A stretch of DNA of 64,000 nucleotides from Phyllosticta citribraziliensis (taxonomy: Eukaryota): positions 1-64,000 of the forward strand of contig NW_027117344.1 in the NCBI RefSeq assembly GCF_038025025.1. The letters run 5' to 3'. A program made the translations under genes and the position numbers. The notes under the pieces were generated by a model. The model saw nothing but the letters and a program-made list of their open reading frames with translations, searched no databases and was not told where the DNA came from. Of the stretch, positions 58,700 through 64,000 are shown in pieces. Numbering within the stretch: the first letter of the stretch is position 1; every line of letters begins with the position of its first letter.

Positions 58700-59639
58700 A
58701 TGCCGGACACTCGCCAAAGCCCAAACGTGAGTGCACCAACGACCCTTTTTCCGCTCTAGCCCCGCTGACCACTTTCACTTTGCGTATGAATAGATCGCTG
58801 AAGCGACCGCTGCCAAACCTCCTAAGGCCTTCTTCAAACGCATGGCAGCCGAGATACTCAAGCTTCGCGCTACAAACAAACAACAGTCGGAGAGGATCGT
58901 TAAGCTTCAAGCCTTAATTGATCTGCAGGACAAGAAACTTGACTTGTATGACTTGACCCGGGCGGAGCTTCCTACCGACCTCGATCTAGACCAGGCTTGC
59001 GAACGTGTCGGGGGAGCTGTAGCCATTTTGGGGGATATTATCAAGATGGTACGTGCGTCTGCTCCCTATCATTGCTCCGCTCGCACTTGTTCCTGACATG
59101 TGGCCGAGGCGCAGACTTTAGCAAACCCTCTCCGCACACGGAGTGATCCCGAAATCGACCTCGAAGTCGAACAAATGTTGAAGACTTTTATTACTGAGAC
59201 TTCGAAGAACATGTTCAAGTCTTCCGTCAAGCGGCTGGCCAGAGCTACGAGAGTCACGAGCGAGGAGGAGCATAAGGGCTTGGTTGAGCTCATTACCGCG
59301 GCTGGAGACCATATGGAACATCTTTTGATCCACGATGGGCAGACTCGTACCATGATCGCACAAATCGGCAAAGAAATTACCGTTCGTCACCAGAGGCTTG
59401 CTGCTCAACAAAAGGAGCTCGCTGCTGAGCTAAAGGAGCTTTCCGCCCACCAAGAGCAGACTGCCCCCAATCCACAGCAGCTTGCCGCCTACCAAGAGCA
59501 GACTGCCCCCTATCTACAGCAGCTTGCCGCCCAGGAAGAGGAGCCGGTCGCTAATCACAACGAGCACGTCGCTTCCGGGAAGACGCCGGCTGGTAACAAG
59601 GAGTCCTCTGAACCACGCAAGAGGGCTCGACACTCTTGA
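58700..59639 (+). CDS. Orphan coiled-coil protein, tandem family member 3, 3 exons, ~268 aa
   Basis: Introns 58727-58793 and 59049-59114 join the ORFs in frame; RMAAEILKLRATNKQQSERIVKL; GLVELITAAG; C-terminal PRKRAR NLS-like. Confidence 0.65.
59445..59540 (+). repeat. 42-bp coding tandem repeat (AHQEQTAPNPQQLA / AYQEQTAPYLQQLA / AQEE)
   Basis: Two near-identical 42-nt units plus a partial third. Confidence 0.85.
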
Positions 59640-60441
59640 TCTCGACTTCATCTCCACGCCAAGCTCAGCCTTCCAAGTCGTCTGCTTCTCTGTGATGCCA
59701 TGGCCGTTTCAGTCATCTTCCCGTAAACAGATGGTTGCCGCGAAACTGTCTTCCGCCAAGTCAGTGGAGGGTACCCAAAGGTAGCGTCACTACAATTTTC
59801 TTGCACTTTTGCACTTGAAAAGCATCCATCGAGTCCGCTGGAGGGTGAGGGTTTTCAGTTTGAACAGAAGGAGCTTATTTCACTGAGGAGTACGTGTGTG
59901 TTGGCGGTGCGCGGTTCACGTTGCTATTGATAAAAGTTGCATTCGCTGGAGTCGGAGTGCAGGAAGAGAACGGGTCTTGTCAGCTCAACCAAACCTCAAC
60001 GATGAAGATTCAGTGTCTTTCCCATTTACTTTCGCTCGTTTATGCTTGACTTCTTCGTCACGCGTCATTTGTTCTGCCCAGAGACAAATGACTCCCAAAT
60101 CCAAGGCGTTGGCTCGCGTCTTGCTTCAGATCGGGCTTACTGCACCCTCCAACAGAGCCGATCATCGTAATACTTGGAGTTTCATTCTGTTGGCATTACG
60201 TTGTTGGTTGTCCGAATTCTGCGCGATTGCGACGACTACACGCAAGACACGGCACATGATTGGCCAAAGCGTCAACAACAACCTTTGCGATAGTAACTTT
60301 CGCGAAGCTCGTCGCAATTTCCCCCATGATCCCACTTACCTACATATTGCGACAGACTATGCCTCCTTCGCTCCGTTGCGAATTCTCCAGCGTCCTCGCA
60401 GCAAAAGGCAAAGCCGTCAACGCGACCTCACCGAAGCGAAG

Positions 60442-61013
60442 ATGGGCCAGACATCAGAAAGACTGAGCGTAAGTACATCCGTCGACGCGTGTCGCATGAC
60501 TTCAAGACTCCCGCTGACCTCGACATCCAGGACGACTCCGCTCGATCCGTCGTAAGTCCAGTCCGCGACCCCAAGCAACGGCACTCTCGACAGCCAGCGG
60601 CACCCGCAACCAACACCATCGCTAACCTCTTCGACCCAAAGGAAGCCGCCGCAGCCCTGACATGGTGGCGCATCTACGGGTCGCAAGTGCCCAAAGCCAG
60701 CGCCAGCGCCGACGGCCGCGCCAAAGCCGCCTTCGCCTTTGCGATGCAGCAACAGGAGCGGATGCGCGCCGCGCTGGCCCGCATGCAGAGCGAGCTCTAC
60801 GAGCTGGTCCAGCATGCCGTCGCGGTGCACGACTCTCTGCCCGGCACGCAGTTTGAGAGCGAGATTGGCCGGAATGTTGCGGAAAGGGATGGGCAGTTGA
60901 AGGCGCTGAACACGACCATGTGGCTCTGTTTTGCGTTTTTGATGTATTTGAGGAAAGGCGGCGGTGTGCCGGTGGATGAGGAGGTCGAGGTGGATGTTTG
61001 GAGTGATGTGTAG
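60442..61013 (+). CDS. Orphan helical/coiled-coil protein, 2 exons
   Basis: AAGATG start, 27-nt exon, intron 60469-60530 (GTAAGT..CTGAC..CAG) in frame with ORF 60489-61013. Confidence 0.6.
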
Positions 61014-61287
61014 CCGGGCTGTTCTCTGGCAGAATTTGGCTCGCTTTTCTTTTGTCATGGCGATGATACTCCTAATGCCTTATATGACAGTCCAATTGAA
61101 TGCTCATTTATGTTTTCGTTGTGGGTTCTCTCGACGACGTCAATGACTGCTGTTGTTGCATGCTCCCGATTGGGCGTAGCGCGCGAACACCCTCTTGCCT
61201 TCCTCTTCTGCACTCAAAGAACCTCGACTCTTCCACTGCTTGAACAAGCCTCCGCCTCGTCAATTTGTCTTCGCGCGACTCAACACA

Positions 61288-61800
61288 ATGGCACCGGCTC
61301 AAAGTGCGCCGCCGCGAGCGCGAAAACGAAAGGCGACTGCTCACACGGCGAGTATCTCACCTTGCGTCGTTGGTCCTTCTGGCCCTGCTGACCTCAAGGT
61401 CTAGACAAAGCCCAAGCGCCGTAGCATCAAAGCGAGTTCAGCGAAAGACCACCCGTCGATCGATCGCATGGTATGAAGTTTCCAGGGCAAACGCAAGTCA
61501 ACCTCGGAGCTAATCGCAGTTTCAATCCAGAGAACCACCAGAGCCAAGCTCTCAGAGAGGAAGCAAACTATTGCCCAAGCGAAGGACGCCCAGAAAGAAC
61601 TATCTGACATGCTCATCCAAACTGAAGCCGATGTCGCGCTCCTCAAGGAAATATCACATAATCTCTCGCCGTGTTCTCCAGTCTCGAGGTCTTACATACG
61701 TTGTAAGGAACAGGTCGCTAGGTTGAAAGACCATTTCGATACCATCACTGCCCACATCATCGACTTCGAGGGCTGGATTGCGGACTATGAGTCTCAGTGA
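61288..61800 (+). CDS. Orphan basic/coiled-coil protein, 3 exons, ~131 aa, GC-AG first intron
   Basis: MAPAQSAPPRARKRK; introns 61348-61404 (GCGAGT..CTGAC..TAG) and 61471-61530 give a continuous frame to the stop at 61800. Confidence 0.55.
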
Positions 61801-62102
61801 CTGCCGACTTTGCCCTTTTCCAATAATCGTTTTGCATGAGACTTCAATTCTACTAGGCACACGGATGAGCTTGTCGAATTGACGTGATGGCTGAGAGGGC
61901 ATGCGCTCAAGTGCATTGCTACATCAGCATCCAACATATACCCAAGGCTGCATTTTTCGGAGGAATATTGGGACAAACGTGTTGACATGAGGCGAAAGGG
62001 TTTGCTGGAGCGGAAAGATGTATGAGGAGACTGGCTACATGTCAGAAAGAAGCGACCCTCTAGAAATCTCTACTTGCTCTCAGACCAGATGCTCTACATG
62101 CA

Positions 62103-64000
62103 TTACTGCTTCAGAAAAACTGGCATCGAGTCCATGTGACAATCAACGACAATCGTCTGGCCCCCGTCGAATCCAACCGAGTCTTGACCGTTGAACGTCT
62201 TCCACTGGAAGCCGAGGGGCAAATAAACTGATCTGCTCTTGACACCCGCATGCAGCACCGGCGCCACAAGCAACTTGCTGCCAAACATGTACTGATCCTC
62301 AATCTCCCACGCCGTCTCATCCTCGGGAAAGTCGTAGAACAGGGGCCTGATGATGGGAGTGCCCTTTTCGTGCGCCGCCTTCATCAAATGTCTCGTATAG
62401 TCGCGCAGACTTTCCCGAATCTGGAGATACTTCTTGCAAATGGCGTACACCTCTTCGCCGTACGACCACACCTCGTTCGGAGCCCCGGAAAGCATCCATG
62501 CGCCACCCGTGTCTCCCTGCCGAGGCTGCTTGGGCTCTCTGTCACCGTGCATGCGCATGACGGGACAAAACGTCGCCCACTGGAACCAGCGCACAAACAA
62601 CTCGCGAAACGCCTCGTCGGTCGTGTCGCCGCCGTGGAAGCCGCCAATGTCAGTCGACCACCACGCGATGCCGGCCATGCCCATGTTGAGGCCGGCGGCC
62701 AGCTGGCAGCGGAAGCTCTCCCAGCTGCACGCAATGTCGCCGCTCCAGACGAGGGCGCCGTACTTTTGGCTGCCGGCCCACGCGCAGCGCGCCAGATTGA
62801 CGATGTCCGTCTGCCCGCTCGCACGCATGCCGTCGTGGAAGGCGCGGGCGTAGTCGCGCGGGTAAATGTTGCCGATCTGCAGGACGGGGCCTTTCCAGTA
62901 GCGCCAGATGTCGAAGTCGTAGATGGTGTACTGCGGCTCGGCTTCGTCCAGCCAGAAGATCTTTATGCCCTTGTCCCAGTAGTTTTGCTTGACCTTGTCC
63001 CACAAATAGGCTCCGGCAGCCGGATTCGTAAAGTCGACGTATGGAGGCTGGCCATTGATTTCGTAGGCGGTGCGGAGGCCCTTGTCGGCGCGGATGATGT
63101 AGCCGCGCTCCAGCATCTCGGGGTAGTTCTCGCACGTCTTGTCGACGGTCGGCCAGATGGACACCATGAGCTCGACGTCGAGCTGCTTCAGCTCCTCGAC
63201 CATGGCGGCCGGGTCGGGCCAGTACGCCGGGTCAAACTTCCACTCGCCCTGTTTGGCCCAGTGGAAGAAGTCGACAACAATGACGTCGAGCGGCAGGTCA
63301 CGCCGGCGATGCTCGCGCGCGACCTCGAGCAGCTCCTCTTGCGATTGGTACCGCAGCTTGCATTGCCAAAACCCGAGGCCGTACTCGGGCATCATGGGCG
63401 GCGTGCCCGTAGCAGCGGCGTAGGCCTCGACGATTTCGGCCGGCGAGTCGCCCGCGACGATCCAGTAGTCCAGCGCCTTGGTGCTGAGGGCTTCAAACGA
63501 CATGATATTCTTTCCCAGCACGGCGCGCCCAAGGGACGGGTTGTTCCACAGCAGCCCATAGCCCAGGCTTGATACTGCAAAGGGCACGCTGGCTTGCGAG
63601 TTGCGCTGAGCCAACTCCAGGTCGAGCCCCTTCAGGTCCAGGAACGGCTGCTGGTACTGGCCCATGCCGTAGATCCTCTCATTGCGGTCTTGCGATTCGA
63701 GCCGGTACGTCAGGTGCCAGTCGGTCATGCCCAGGTGCGGCTTGAATTCCCGCGCCTCGACACTGAGGGCGCTGCATTTGGGATCCTGGAGGTCTTTGCG
63801 GTTGCGCTGGTACTCTTCGAGCAGGGTCTTGCCGGCAGCATTGGTGATGACTAGCTTGCCCCGCGAGCCGATGGATGCTTGAATCTTGTCGTTCAAAATG
63901 TGTGCTGACGTCTCGTTGATGCTGATGGCGGGAGCGGCTGCAATGGTCGGGACCTGGTCGAGAGCCCAGTCTTCGGTGGGCATTTGAGCCTGCTTTGTGG
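62103..64000 (-). CDS. Glycoside hydrolase family 31 (alpha-xylosidase/alpha-glucosidase-like), 5' end outside the window
   Basis: YGMGQYQ, GFWQCKLRY, DVIVVDFFHW, nucleophile WLDEAEP, acid/base WSGD, DIGGFHGG, PVMRMHG. Confidence 0.93.
   Translation of the reverse strand, partial: TKQAQMPTEDWALDQVPTIAAAPAISINETSAHILNDKIQASIGSRGKLVITNAAGKTLLEEYQRNRKDLQDPKCSALSVEAREFKPHLGMTDWHLTYRLESQDRNERIYGMGQYQQPFLDLKGLDLELAQRNSQASVPFAVSSLGYGLLWNNPSLGRAVLGKNIMSFEALSTKALDYWIVAGDSPAEIVEAYAAATGTPPMMPEYGLGFWQCKLRYQSQEELLEVAREHRRRDLPLDVIVVDFFHWAKQGEWKFDPAYWPDPAAMVEELKQLDVELMVSIWPTVDKTCENYPEMLERGYIIRADKGLRTAYEINGQPPYVDFTNPAAGAYLWDKVKQNYWDKGIKIFWLDEAEPQYTIYDFDIWRYWKGPVLQIGNIYPRDYARAFHDGMRASGQTDIVNLARCAWAGSQKYGALVWSGDIACSWESFRCQLAAGLNMGMAGIAWWSTDIGGFHGGDTTDEAFRELFVRWFQWATFCPVMRMHGDREPKQPRQGDTGGAWMLSGAPNEVWSYGEEVYAICKKYLQIRESLRDYTRHLMKAAHEKGTPIIRPLFYDFPEDETAWEIEDQYMFGSKLLVAPVLHAGVKSRSVYLPLGFQWKTFNGQDSVGFDGGQTIVVDCHMDSMPVFLKQ

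Noticed and set aside
62250..63572. 440-aa + strand ORF
   Set aside because: Antisense shadow of the GC-rich GH31 gene
62103..64000. GH31 as a sulfoquinovosidase
   Set aside because: Nucleophile motif is WLDEAEP rather than the WMADFGE type I associate with sulfoquinovosidases

Overview
Left end of a filamentous ascomycete (Pezizomycotina-type) chromosome. It opens with a (CCCTAA)n telomere (1-110) and a short AT-rich block with a RIP-like signature (to ~950). An accessory subtelomeric zone follows (4-21 kb): a secreted GMC oxidoreductase; an intronless trio of class III CoA-transferase, 3-hydroxyacyl-CoA-dehydrogenase-like enzyme and YWTD beta-propeller; and a backbone-less P450/MFS/SDR/hydrolase cluster. 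A mostly core block (21.8-56 kb) holds a SUZ-type protein, a 991-aa secreted protein with Kex2-like sites, an RSF1-like PHD protein, CCH1, an arrestin-like protein, DPB4, head-to-head PRP31/CLF1, a thioesterase, an FNT channel and an IMPACT-like gene. The window ends with a tandem array of small orphan coiled-coil genes (56.5-61.8 kb), at least three of them visibly paralogous, and a 5'-truncated GH31 glycosidase. The best candidates for undescribed biology are the orphan tandem family, the CoA-transferase/dehydrogenase/propeller trio with CCGAGG motifs, and the putative Kex2-processed polyprotein. All family calls come from motif recognition by eye; no searches were run, and exon boundaries are manual GT/GC-AG predictions.
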